Below, in pieces: positions 17,628-26,193 of a stretch of DNA of 28,323 bases. Within the stretch, counting starts at the first letter, position 1. Each line of letters starts with the position of its first letter. A program made the translations under genes and the position numbers. Origin of the DNA: a virus (Duplodnaviria; Caudoviricetes). The notes beneath the pieces are model-generated. The model was given only the letters and a program-made list of their open reading frames with translations. It made no database searches and was not told the origin of the DNA. The stretch is from IMG/VR virus record IMGVR_UViG_3300043932_000107, positions 1 to 28,323 of that record, one strand, 5' to 3'.

Positions 17628-18680
17628 ATGCGTCCTGGTCCGTCTATTGATGAGCTGAAACGAACTGGTGTCGGTGCGCGTATCAACGTGATGCGCGCCG
17701 GGCGGGTTCTTGCGGTGGATGTTCCGGTGAAGGACGTGAGCGAGGATTGGACGGCGTCACGGTCTGTGCCTACACAGGTGACGTTCGTGGCCCCCTTGGA
17801 TTGGACGCCGAAGGACGCGTTGGATCCTCTCAACAACTATGGGCAGCGGATCCAGCTGATTAGCCTCGCTGAGACTGACCATGGCGTGGTGGAGACGGAG
17901 ATCGGCTGGTTCCAGATCTCCACGTGGGAGGTGCAGGACGATGGCGTGCAGGTCACCTGCCTGGACCTGCTGCAGGTGCTTGCAGAGAACGACATGACGT
18001 GGCCGTCGTCGCCGCCAGCAGGTGCGACACTTAGATCAGAGCTACAGCGCCTGTGCACGATCCGTAGTGATTTCGCGCTGCCTGTGGTCCTGGATGCTTC
18101 CGACCGGAGCATTCCGCGGACTTTTCAGTGGGGCACAGACCGGCTCGAAAACGTCGCAGACCTTTGCGAATCGTACGGCTTGACGTACGCGGTGAAGCCG
18201 GACGGCTGCCTACACGCGTGGAGTATCCCTGATGGTTCCTCGCCGGTGGCGCATTACACGGCGAAAGACCTGCTTATAGATGCTCCACGGAAGGCGAAAG
18301 AGCGTATCGCCAACGTTTACACGGTGGTTGGTGGGCAGGAAGATGACGCTGCAAACAGATACTCGGCCAGCGTGTCGAACACTGCGTCTCCATATGATCC
18401 AGCTGGCTATGGGGTGGTGACACAGCGGACTGCGCTTGATTCTGCCACCTCGCAGGCACAAGTGTTGACTGCTGCGCAAACTCGGATGAGGACCGCGCTA
18501 GCCGCCACCGAAACACGCTCTTTGGAGGTTGTGATGGATCCCCGCCTGGAAGGCATGGACGTGATCTCATGCATCACCGATGAAGGCGAGCCCATCGTAG
18601 GCAGGGTTACGGCCTATTCGCGGTCGCATACGGATCCGTCAGCCTCGATGAGGGTAGATGTGGAGGTACTACTGTGGTGA
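17628..18680 (+). CDS. Minor tail / baseplate hub protein
   Basis: AGGAGG RBS; 350 aa; DPLNNYGQRI and DPRLE motifs; synteny. Confidence 0.75.
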   Translation: MRPGPSIDELKRTGVGARINVMRAGRVLAVDVPVKDVSEDWTASRSVPTQVTFVAPLDWTPKDALDPLNNYGQRIQLISLAETDHGVVETEIGWFQISTWEVQDDGVQVTCLDLLQVLAENDMTWPSSPPAGATLRSELQRLCTIRSDFALPVVLDASDRSIPRTFQWGTDRLENVADLCESYGLTYAVKPDGCLHAWSIPDGSSPVAHYTAKDLLIDAPRKAKERIANVYTVVGGQEDDAANRYSASVSNTASPYDPAGYGVVTQRTALDSATSQAQVLTAAQTRMRTALAATETRSLEVVMDPRLEGMDVISCITDEGEPIVGRVTAYSRSHTDPSASMRVDVEVLLW

Positions 18681-21600
18681 AACGTAATCTGTGGTTGGAC
18701 GTCACCCCGCAAGGCTCGAAAGCTACCGCCAACCGCGGGATTCAGGTGGATCAGTGGCTTACTGGGACGGTCACGGAGCAAGTGGATTCGTCGAATGTTG
18801 CGGTCGAGTTGGACGGTTCGGATTCTACGCCGGTGGTTGCTCCGGCGACGGCGGGGATCACGTATATTGGTGCGCGGGTCCGGGTATTGCGGGATTCTAC
18901 GGGGCGGATTGTCCAGGTTGAGGCTCCGCTGGATTTGCCGGAGGGCGTAGACACTATCGCCGTAGGTTCGACCGGTTGGGCGATCATGGATGCTCAGTCT
19001 GGTGTGAACGAGACACGGGAGGCGCTCACTGCGGCGAAAGCGGAGTTGGAGGCGTCGCAGGCGGAGTTGGCGTCGAATCTCAGTGTGACGGATGCGAAAC
19101 TGGATGCCGCGCAGGACTACATCACGAACACGGTGACTCCGGGGCTGACGAAGGCTCAGGAGGATGCGGAGTCTGCGGCGTCTGCGGCGGCTCAGGCTGT
19201 GGCTGATGGTGTTGTGAGCGTGGTCACTGAGTGGGCGGTGGGGTCGTCTGAGACGGTGGCTCCCACGTCGGGGTGGAGTACGTCTACTCCCGCGCGGACG
19301 GCTGGCACGTTCATCTGGTCGCGGACGACCACCACGAAGGGCGACGGGACTGCGACCACGAGCGACCCGGTGCTGGTGACAGGGAACACTGGTGCGGCGG
19401 GTGCAGATGGTGCGGACGGCAAGGACGGAGCTCCCGGCAAGGATGGTGTGGGCCTGTCGGGAACCGTCATCTCCTATGCGAAGTCCACGAGCGGGACAAG
19501 TGCGCCCTCGTCTGGGTGGCAGGCGACCGTCCCCTCGTCTACGCCGGGACAGTACCTGTGGACCCGCACTGTGTGGTCGTATACGGATGGCACGTCGGAG
19601 ACTGGGTACAGCGTGTCCATGTGGGGCGCGACCGGCGCGAAGGGTGACACTGGCAGTGATGGTATCGCTGGTAAGGATGGTGTGGGCATCTCGTCCACGT
19701 CGATCATGTATGCGGCGTCGTCGTCTGGTACGACCGCTCCCACGTCTGGGTGGGCGTCTGCTCCCCCGTCCGCGTCGGCTGGACAGTATGTGTGGACGCG
19801 CACCGTGTGGACCTACACGGACGGCACAACTGAGACGGGGTATTCGGTCGGCAAGATCGGCAACACTGGCGCTACGGGTGCTGCGGGCGTGAGCGTGTCG
19901 TCGGTGACCCCGTACTACTGCCTCGTGGGCACTGGGGCGAGCGCTCCTGCGAAGCCTACGACGAACCCGCCGTCCTCGTCGTGGACTCTGACGGAGCCCG
20001 CCTACCAGTCGGGCACGGAACTGTACCGGTGTGATCTGACGGTCATGTCGAACAACTCGTGGAGCTGGGGCGCGGTGAGCAAGGTGTCGTCGTACACGGC
20101 GGCGAACGCGGCGATGGACCAGGCTGTGTCCGGCGCGGTCGAGGTGCGGAGGAATCTGGCTACCAGAACACGAGCCGACGCCTTTACCACATATGGAGCT
20201 TCGTCACTCATGCCAGTGACCACGGCTATCCCGGGGATTACTCAGGCCCGTGTAGCAACACGATCTACTGCGTCGTGGGTCGGAGTTCGCGCCGCATCAT
20301 CAGACTCTGCAGACTTCGCAATCACTCCGGGTAAGCCGATCACCGTCGGTATGCTGGTTTGGGCAACTGTCCCTGCTTACCTGATCCTTGTTACCAGGAA
20401 CTCGTCCGGTAGTTTTATCGCGGATCGCGAGATTGCAATGCAGGTTGTCCCCTCTGATGGTCCCGGTACGTGGATGACCGGGACATATACCCCCGTGGAC
20501 GGGGAAGCGGGTGCATGTCTCCGCGTTTCAAATCCAGAAACTTCTGCGATTGGCGAATGGGTAGCGGCAGCGGCTGCCATTGTGGTCAACGGGGCGGTGA
20601 CTCTCACCGTAAATGACTGGTTCGACGGCTCTTACTCCCCGGACCCCGACCTCACTCCCTCGTGGACGGGGACAGCGAACGCGAGTGCGAGTGTGCTCAC
20701 ACGTTGGTCGCAGGCTCTCACCGTGGCGAACCTCGCCACTGCGATGGCCCAGGGCCTCGTCACGGCAAGCACAACCGCCCCCGACGTGACACAGGTCGGC
20801 AAAGTCTGGCTCGTCCTTAACGGCTCGGGCAACGTGGTCGGCATGAAAATCAGCAACGGCAGCCAGTGGACGTCCTACGCAATGATGGTCGAGGACCTCA
20901 TGGTCGTCGGCGAGGACGGCACCATCCAACTCAAGAACGGGGTCGTGTCCGCGCCGAACATCAAGGCAACGAGCGACCTGTGGACGAAGATCCTCGCCGT
21001 CGCAGGCAACGCGACGATCGGTGGGAACCTGCTGGTCAACGGCGCGGTCACCGCGCCGAAGATCACCGCATCCAACGAGCTGTGGGCGAAACTCGCGACG
21101 TTCGCCAAGGTCACCACCGACATGCTCATCGCAGGTGGCGCGAGGATCACGGGCGAGCTGCTGGCTGATGTGATCACGCTGGCCACACGACTCGTCGCAG
21201 GCGATGTAGAAATAAACTCGTCCGGGTTTCACGTGTACCGCGCAAACCTGGATGGGCAGCGGCTAGAGGCAATACGTCTCGGCGTTAACGGATCCAGCGA
21301 TTACCTGCAGATTCAGGCGTCCGACGCGTCCACCATCGCCAGCATCAGCGACGAGGGCGGCGCATCATTCGCCAGCGTTGACGCCGGCGACAGCCTCACC
21401 TACCGGGGCAGTGAGATGTCGGATCTGCTCGCCACGATGCCGCTGGGCGTCGTGGCACGCTCACACCTCGCCGCCGATATTATCACCCGCGCCGACTGGA
21501 GTCTCGTCACATTCCTAACGTTCCAGGGGCTCCCATCGCGCACTTACCGGGCGACCCTCATCCTCACGCAGGGTAAAGAAGCGGTAGGGCTCCGGATTGG

Positions 21601-22408
21601 TGTGCGACGCCGATACGACGCGATCGTGGATATTCAAAGCGGATATCAGCAAATGTTTTATCCGGCTTTCCCGGACAATGGTAAGCCGTTAACATCCATG
21701 ATGAGTTACGAGTTCACGACGGGCGATGATTTCGACCCGGGCGGGGTTATCACAATTATTTGGGGTGCTCAGGCTCTCCACGACTCTGCCGGGGTGCGTA
21801 TCATGACTAACGGCTCGTCTCAGGACACTGCGGCGAGCACATACGCCGTCGTGGAAGATATTGGTCCTGCCATGGACGCTACGAACGTCGCAGGTATGGT
21901 CGCCGCGTCTGGAACGTCAACGTCGTCGGCGGTGAAACGCACGAAAACTGTGAACGCAAGCTGGGGGCGCAGTTTCACGATTTCAGGAGCATACACGGAT
22001 TCTCTGGCGCCGTATGTGGTGCAGGGGGGTTTGTGGACGGCCCGCATGGGCCTTATTGGGTTTCCTTCCATTATTTCGGATCTTTCTGGCGCGACCGTCA
22101 ACAGGATCGAAATTTATCTGTATTTCAGGCATTGGTATTACAACGCTGGTGGTACGGCAGGTATCGGGTATCACGGCGCTACCTCCGCGCCAAACTCATG
22201 GACGGGCAGTACCGCGTCAATCCAAAAGGCGGGTATCCCGAATCCGGGCGGCGTATGGATCACACTCCCCAGCTCGACATACTCGTCGTGGAAGTCGGGC
22301 GCGTACCGCGGGATCACACTCCGCGCACCAGGAGATTCGACGAATCTCCAGTATTACGGGTATGCGGACTGGTCTAAATGCAAACTCAGATACACCTACA
22401 CGAAGTGA
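18674..22408 (+). CDS. Large tail fibre / receptor-binding protein
   Basis: 1244 aa; coiled coil, collagen-like GxY runs, repeated GQY(L/V)WTRTVW.YTDGT.ETGYSV modules. Confidence 0.85.
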   Translation: MVKRNLWLDVTPQGSKATANRGIQVDQWLTGTVTEQVDSSNVAVELDGSDSTPVVAPATAGITYIGARVRVLRDSTGRIVQVEAPLDLPEGVDTIAVGSTGWAIMDAQSGVNETREALTAAKAELEASQAELASNLSVTDAKLDAAQDYITNTVTPGLTKAQEDAESAASAAAQAVADGVVSVVTEWAVGSSETVAPTSGWSTSTPARTAGTFIWSRTTTTKGDGTATTSDPVLVTGNTGAAGADGADGKDGAPGKDGVGLSGTVISYAKSTSGTSAPSSGWQATVPSSTPGQYLWTRTVWSYTDGTSETGYSVSMWGATGAKGDTGSDGIAGKDGVGISSTSIMYAASSSGTTAPTSGWASAPPSASAGQYVWTRTVWTYTDGTTETGYSVGKIGNTGATGAAGVSVSSVTPYYCLVGTGASAPAKPTTNPPSSSWTLTEPAYQSGTELYRCDLTVMSNNSWSWGAVSKVSSYTAANAAMDQAVSGAVEVRRNLATRTRADAFTTYGASSLMPVTTAIPGITQARVATRSTASWVGVRAASSDSADFAITPGKPITVGMLVWATVPAYLILVTRNSSGSFIADREIAMQVVPSDGPGTWMTGTYTPVDGEAGACLRVSNPETSAIGEWVAAAAAIVVNGAVTLTVNDWFDGSYSPDPDLTPSWTGTANASASVLTRWSQALTVANLATAMAQGLVTASTTAPDVTQVGKVWLVLNGSGNVVGMKISNGSQWTSYAMMVEDLMVVGEDGTIQLKNGVVSAPNIKATSDLWTKILAVAGNATIGGNLLVNGAVTAPKITASNELWAKLATFAKVTTDMLIAGGARITGELLADVITLATRLVAGDVEINSSGFHVYRANLDGQRLEAIRLGVNGSSDYLQIQASDASTIASISDEGGASFASVDAGDSLTYRGSEMSDLLATMPLGVVARSHLAADIITRADWSLVTFLTFQGLPSRTYRATLILTQGKEAVGLRIGVRRRYDAIVDIQSGYQQMFYPAFPDNGKPLTSMMSYEFTTGDDFDPGGVITIIWGAQALHDSAGVRIMTNGSSQDTAASTYAVVEDIGPAMDATNVAGMVAASGTSTSSAVKRTKTVNASWGRSFTISGAYTDSLAPYVVQGGLWTARMGLIGFPSIISDLSGATVNRIEIYLYFRHWYYNAGGTAGIGYHGATSAPNSWTGSTASIQKAGIPNPGGVWITLPSSTYSSWKSGAYRGITLRAPGDSTNLQYYGYADWSKCKLRYTYTK

Positions 22409-22416
22409 GGATATAT

Positions 22417-22668
22417 ATGGGATCGGATCTTTTCAAAATCGCGCGCGCCGTGGATGGGGATGATTTCTTCGCCATGCGTGTCAGAATCGCCTGCGAACTT
22501 CAAAAAATCACCTACAACCGGGACGTGCTACTCACCGTCGCACAAGAAGTAGCAGGCTATATCACGGTCGATGAGGCGGGCACCGTGGATACAAGCGGTG
22601 TCCCAGACGAGGCGATCATTAGTGCGCTACCAGCAGCTACACAAGCAGAGGATGAGGAGGCAGTATGA
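22417..22668 (+). CDS. Hypothetical tail-region protein
   Basis: GAGG RBS before ATG 22417; coupled to the next gene. Confidence 0.65.
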   Translation: MGSDLFKIARAVDGDDFFAMRVRIACELQKITYNRDVLLTVAQEVAGYITVDEAGTVDTSGVPDEAIISALPAATQAEDEEAV

Positions 22669-23327
22669 CGGGCACGACATGGAGAGGAGTACCGCTTATA
22701 GAATCCGGAGACGGAATCCTCGAAGCGCTCCAACTTTGGGCAAACGGGTTGAACGTGGGTATCCCGGTGGCATCGGTCGGCGCGGCTCGCACCCTACTCA
22801 CGCAGGCTGAGGCGGATGGCGTCGCACCAACCGCCTCAAATCCAGCAATGTTCATGATCGGCGAGGGAACAAAACGTGTCCTTTACATCTCGGACGGCTC
22901 CAAAACTGACGGGGTGTGGGTACTCTCCCCCGTCAACGAGCCGACTCGCGCCCGGTTCGGCCGCGGTGAAGATTCTGGCGTAACGCGTAACCTAGCCCAG
23001 GGGGATATACTCACCGTCATCAGCGGGGCGCTTCCGGCAGCACCCTACGATCGTGCAATCAGCATGGAAGCAATCTGCTATGGGTCTGTGACTGGCAATA
23101 TTTGGTTGCGGATCTATCCTCCGGGAGAAGCGTATGTTTCGGCCAGGTTTTCGTCTGGTGATCAGCAGTCGCAGCCACTCCCGGCGCGGGGAAAGATCCT
23201 CGCTGGGCAGTCTCCCGAGTTGAGGGTCGCCGTCGTTGGTGGTGCGGGGGGAGGGAGCATCACGTTTGGTACCACGGCAGATAACACGGTTCTTTTCGTG
23301 GATGCATTCCCGATCACGATGGCCTAA
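22665..23327 (+). CDS. Minor tail protein (putative)
   Basis: GAGGAGG RBS; 220 aa beta-rich; last gene before a terminator. Confidence 0.6.
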   Translation: MTGTTWRGVPLIESGDGILEALQLWANGLNVGIPVASVGAARTLLTQAEADGVAPTASNPAMFMIGEGTKRVLYISDGSKTDGVWVLSPVNEPTRARFGRGEDSGVTRNLAQGDILTVISGALPAAPYDRAISMEAICYGSVTGNIWLRIYPPGEAYVSARFSSGDQQSQPLPARGKILAGQSPELRVAVVGGAGGGSITFGTTADNTVLFVDAFPITMA

Positions 23328-23347
23328 CCAGCGGAAACACATACTCT

Positions 23348-23372
23348 AGCCGCCCGATGGGTGGCTTTTTTC
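23348..23372 (+). terminator. Intrinsic terminator after the tail operon
   Basis: AGCCGCCC-gat-GGGTGGCT followed by a T-run. Confidence 0.7.
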
Positions 23373-23393
23373 ATGCCCAATTTAGGAGGCTAT

Positions 23394-24134
23394 ATGAGTG
23401 GAGAGTCTACCCGCGAGAATCTTGTGGGGTGGATGGCCGCCCGCAAAGGAAAGTTTAGATACGCGAATACGAAACCGGGCAAGCTCGACCCGGATAATAC
23501 CGGCTATAGTGACTGTTCCGGCACCATCTATGCCGCGTATAAGGCTGTCGCTAACACGGTGATCGGCACCATGTCCTATGAGCAGGCCGCCACCGGGATA
23601 GAGGTGGCTTCCGGAACCACGACAGCGCAGTTTAAGACGGCGTTGGCGAATATGCTGCCCGGCGACGTCATCGCAATGGACCTGTCCTATAGCGCCTACA
23701 CGGGCCGCGTCAACCACGTCGAAATGTACTCTGGTACCGGCTCGATGAGCTGGGGGCATGGCGGACCGGGCTACGGCCCCACCTACCATGATCTGCTCGT
23801 ATCATGGCTGATCCCCTCAGCGAAAACATGGACAGTCCGCCGATTCATTCCTGTGACCAGCGGCGAAACCATCACCACCGTAACCCTAGACGACCTTGAG
23901 GAGGTCATCGATTCTATGAAAGCAACACACATTATTTTCCAGACGGGCAATGCGATTTGCATTTCCAACGTCCTGGCAGGCACCTACCGTGTCATGCCGA
24001 ACACGAAAACATTCCAGAACACGGTGACCGGCCTCAAACGCGCAGGAGCGAAAGTTGTGGAATGGAAATACTTGACCCCAACAAGATCGAACAAGGTCGC
24101 CAACCCCGCCGCATTCGGCGTGAAAGTAGGCTAA
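23394..24134 (+). CDS. Endolysin, NlpC/P60-type peptidase
   Basis: AGGAGG RBS; SDCSG catalytic Cys, NHVEMY His, then GHGG; upstream of the holin. Confidence 0.85.
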   Translation: MSGESTRENLVGWMAARKGKFRYANTKPGKLDPDNTGYSDCSGTIYAAYKAVANTVIGTMSYEQAATGIEVASGTTTAQFKTALANMLPGDVIAMDLSYSAYTGRVNHVEMYSGTGSMSWGHGGPGYGPTYHDLLVSWLIPSAKTWTVRRFIPVTSGETITTVTLDDLEEVIDSMKATHIIFQTGNAICISNVLAGTYRVMPNTKTFQNTVTGLKRAGAKVVEWKYLTPTRSNKVANPAAFGVKVG

Positions 24135-24137
24135 GCA

Positions 24138-24512
24138 ATGGAAAACCCAATCAGTGCTAAAGCACGCGGCGCACTCTATGTCGCCGGCATCATCATCGGT
24201 TCGCTCGCCACGGTCTTTGGGCCTCTCTCGCAGGCTATCGGCCTGTCAGATGAATGGTCGGCGGTAGTGACCTCGGTCGTGGGTGCGTTGATCCTGATAA
24301 CGAACACTCTCTCCAAAGCCAACCTGACGGCAGATAGCACGGATACCACTGCAGTTTCTACGGCCACTGCCACAGCAGAGGCGGATACTGCCACACCTGA
24401 GGCTATCGACGTGACAGCCGCTCTCTCTGAGGTTGACTCGCAGATTCAGGCTGAGGAAGCGCCCGTGGGAGACGTGGACGACCCGACCGGGGCACTCACA
24501 GACAGCGAGTGA
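24138..24512 (+). CDS. Holin
   Basis: Two TM segments (ISAKARGALYV...), acidic tail; follows the endolysin. Confidence 0.8.
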   Translation: MENPISAKARGALYVAGIIIGSLATVFGPLSQAIGLSDEWSAVVTSVVGALILITNTLSKANLTADSTDTTAVSTATATAEADTATPEAIDVTAALSEVDSQIQAEEAPVGDVDDPTGALTDSE

Positions 24513-24784
24513 CCATGGGCGGGATAGATACGGGCATTATCGTCGCGGCTATCGCGGCAGTGGGGGGAGTCGCGGTGGCCTGGATAAAATGGCGGACCGA
24601 CAAGGAAGCTAACGCTATCGCGGTGCTGCGCGTCCTCGTGGAAGAGCAGGGCGACGAGCTGGAGACGCTCAGGAGCCGTGTGGACGCGCTGGAGCGTGAA
24701 CGGCAGTCCGATCACGAGTATATCCAGATTTTGCGGGATCACATTTACAAGAGGCTTCCACCGCCGCCGCCCCCACATCCATAA
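24509..24784 (+). CDS. Lysis-module membrane protein (TM plus coiled coil)
   Basis: N-terminal TM, coiled coil, ends LPPPPPPHP; start at 24509 (GTG) or 24515 (ATG). Confidence 0.75.
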   Translation: MTMGGIDTGIIVAAIAAVGGVAVAWIKWRTDKEANAIAVLRVLVEEQGDELETLRSRVDALERERQSDHEYIQILRDHIYKRLPPPPPPHP

Positions 24785-24790
24785 AAACTT

Positions 24791-24827
24791 TCCCCGGTCG
24801 CCCTGATGGGTGGTCGGGGAGTTTTTT
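24791..24827 (+). terminator. Intrinsic terminator after the lysis module
   Basis: TCCCCGGTCGCCC-tgat-GGGTGGTCGGGGA then GTTTTTT. Confidence 0.8.
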
Positions 24828-24828
24828 G

Positions 24829-24857
24829 TAGATAGCGTCAGCGAACAATGCTATGCT
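24829..24857 (+). promoter_or_regulatory. Promoter for the CRISPR mini-array
   Basis: TAGATA-17 bp-TATGCT with extended -10 (TGn); predicted start about 24864, just before repeat 1. Confidence 0.6.
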
Positions 24858-24865
24858 GTTGATGA

Positions 24866-24973
24866 GCTGCCGCCCCGCAGTGGGTGGCCCTTCATTGAGG
24901 CATGGTGAGAGACGGGCTAAACCGCCGCTATATTGTGTTGCCCTCCAGTTTTTGGAGGGCCCTTCATTGAAAA
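24866..24973 (+). CRISPR. Cas-less CRISPR mini-array: two type I-G (I-U)-like repeats and one 35-nt spacer
   Basis: R1 GCTGCCGCCCCGCAGTGGGTGGCCCTTCATTGAGGC (24866-24901); spacer 24902-24936; R2 GTTGCCCTCCAGTTTTTGGAGGGCCCTTCATTGAAAA (24937-24973). Both fold into a 7-8 bp hairpin starting at nt 4 and share the GGCCCTTCATTGA tail. Confidence 0.8.
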
Positions 24974-24975
24974 TG

Positions 24976-25013
24976 AAAGCCCCTGGTTGTCATTAAGGCG
25001 ACCAGGGGCTTTT
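24976..25013 (+). terminator. Terminator closing the mini-array transcript
   Basis: AAAGCCCCTGGTTGTC-attaa-GGCGACCAGGGGCTTT(T). Confidence 0.8.
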
Positions 25014-25060
25014 CGCGTCACTTAGGACATTGCAAGTTTTGGGGGTGCGAATTCTCGATC

Positions 25061-25090
25061 CTCCCACCGCCGCCGCCCCCGCACCCGTAA
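25061..25090 (+). repeat. Second copy of the 3' end of the 24509-24784 gene (remnant)
   Basis: 26/30 identical to 24755-24784; both encode LPPPPPPHP-stop. Confidence 0.85.
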
Positions 25091-25096
25091 GCCAAG

Positions 25097-25136
25097 AACA
25101 AGCCCCTCACCCTAACCGGGTGGGGGGCTTGTTTTG
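25097..25136. terminator. Bidirectional terminator
   Basis: AACAAGCCCCTCACCC-taacc-GGGTGGGGGGCTTGTT. Confidence 0.8.
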
Positions 25137-25141
25137 TTGTC

Positions 25142-25672
25142 TTAGTCCTCGTCGTCGCTGTCGAAGAGGATTACGTAGGATCCGGGTTCGAGGTCGGCCA
25201 CTGTGTTCACGCGGTCAAGCTCCAAGCTGTGCCCGTCGCGGTGGAAGAAACTCGCCTTGAGGACTGCCGTGCCGCGGTTCGCGCTGACTTCGAGGTGCAC
25301 TGGCGGCTCATCCTCAAAAGCGAAGAGCCTGTGCCCGATGTTTTCGAAAGCGGGATCCATCCATGTCACATCGGCGGGGATCCACATGGCGACGACGGTG
25401 CGTGTATCGCCGAAGCGATCCGTGATGCTCAGGGTTGCGGTTCTGGGTGTGGTGTGCGTGAAATGGGTGGCGATCTCACGGCGGCGGTCGAAAGCGGTTC
25501 TGTCAATCTCGCTCCCAACACGGTGGGGAATCAATTCTTTGCCGGATTCCCATTTGCGGAGAGTGTCAGGGCGGACGTTGAGGCGAGCGGCAAGCGCTTC
25601 ACCGGTCATCCCGAGGACCTTGCGGGCATTCTTGAGCTGAGCTGGACTCATGCGGTCAGTGGTGGTGTTCAT
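25142..25672 (-). CDS. XRE-family HTH protein with additional C-terminal domain (Aca-like context)
   Basis: MSPAQLKNARKVLGMTGEALAARLNVRPDTLRKWESGK; GAAAGGA RBS. Confidence 0.85.
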   Translation of the reverse strand: MNTTTDRMSPAQLKNARKVLGMTGEALAARLNVRPDTLRKWESGKELIPHRVGSEIDRTAFDRRREIATHFTHTTPRTATLSITDRFGDTRTVVAMWIPADVTWMDPAFENIGHRLFAFEDEPPVHLEVSANRGTAVLKASFFHRDGHSLELDRVNTVADLEPGSYVILFDSDDED

Positions 25673-25713
25673 GGTGTTTTCCTTTCAAGAGTGATTCTGG
25701 TTTGGTGAGGTGG

Positions 25714-26103
25714 TCAGCAGAAGCTTGCTGATCCGTCGTCGCAGGAGTTGCAGAGCCAGCCGGAGATTCCGGACATGTCGCGGGCTGCGTGTGCTCCGGA
25801 GCGTCCGCATTCTTCGCAACGGTGGCTGGAGGTGCCCAACTGTCCGAGGCGTCCGGTGGCGTAACGGCGAGTGTAGGTTGGGCTGGTGTAGGTTGAGCGG
25901 GAGTGGGTTGCGGTGGCCACTGTGGCGATTGAGAGGCCGTCTGTCCCGGTCCAGATCACCTTGCCGACTGTGACGGTCTTTGTTTCGCCGGACTTCTTGG
26001 TGACTGTGACCTGTTCGCCTTCGGTCAGGTCGAATCCTTTGATTCCCCAAGACCCGTTGCGAAGCTTGATCCATGTGATCTGGGTGGTGGCTGTGGTGCT
26101 CAT
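25714..26103 (-). CDS. Hypothetical protein (129 aa) with beta-rich N-terminus and C-terminal CxxC...CxxC
   Basis: GGAG RBS before ATG 26103; CEEC and CNSC motifs. Confidence 0.75.
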   Translation of the reverse strand: MSTTATTQITWIKLRNGSWGIKGFDLTEGEQVTVTKKSGETKTVTVGKVIWTGTDGLSIATVATATHSRSTYTSPTYTRRYATGRLGQLGTSSHRCEECGRSGAHAARDMSGISGWLCNSCDDGSASFC

Positions 26104-26163
26104 TGGAATCTCCATCTGATTCTGAGGTCTTTGGGGCTGTTCCCCTGACCTCTTGATGACACA

Positions 26164-26193
26164 ATTCTAACCCACAACTTTGTGGGGTGTCAA
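26164..26193 (-). promoter_or_regulatory. Strong sigma70/SigA-type promoter with internal palindromic operator
   Basis: Minus strand TTGACA-18 bp-TAGAAT; CCCACAA-CT-TTGTGGG (26171-26186) lies between the hexamers. Confidence 0.8.

Noticed and set aside
19435-19890. Diversity-generating retroelement TR/VR pair in the fibre gene
   Set aside because: The repeats are in-frame protein modules with differences not restricted to adenines, and no reverse transcriptase is in the window.
25023-25066. tRNA-like remnant (TGC in a 7-nt loop, then GGGG-TGCGAAT-TCTC)
   Set aside because: Stems rely on many G-U pairs and there is no acceptor stem or D-arm.
25030-25260. 76-aa plus-strand ORF after the mini-array
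   Set aside because: Runs through a terminator and into the antisense HTH gene; the region is better explained as a gene-end remnant.
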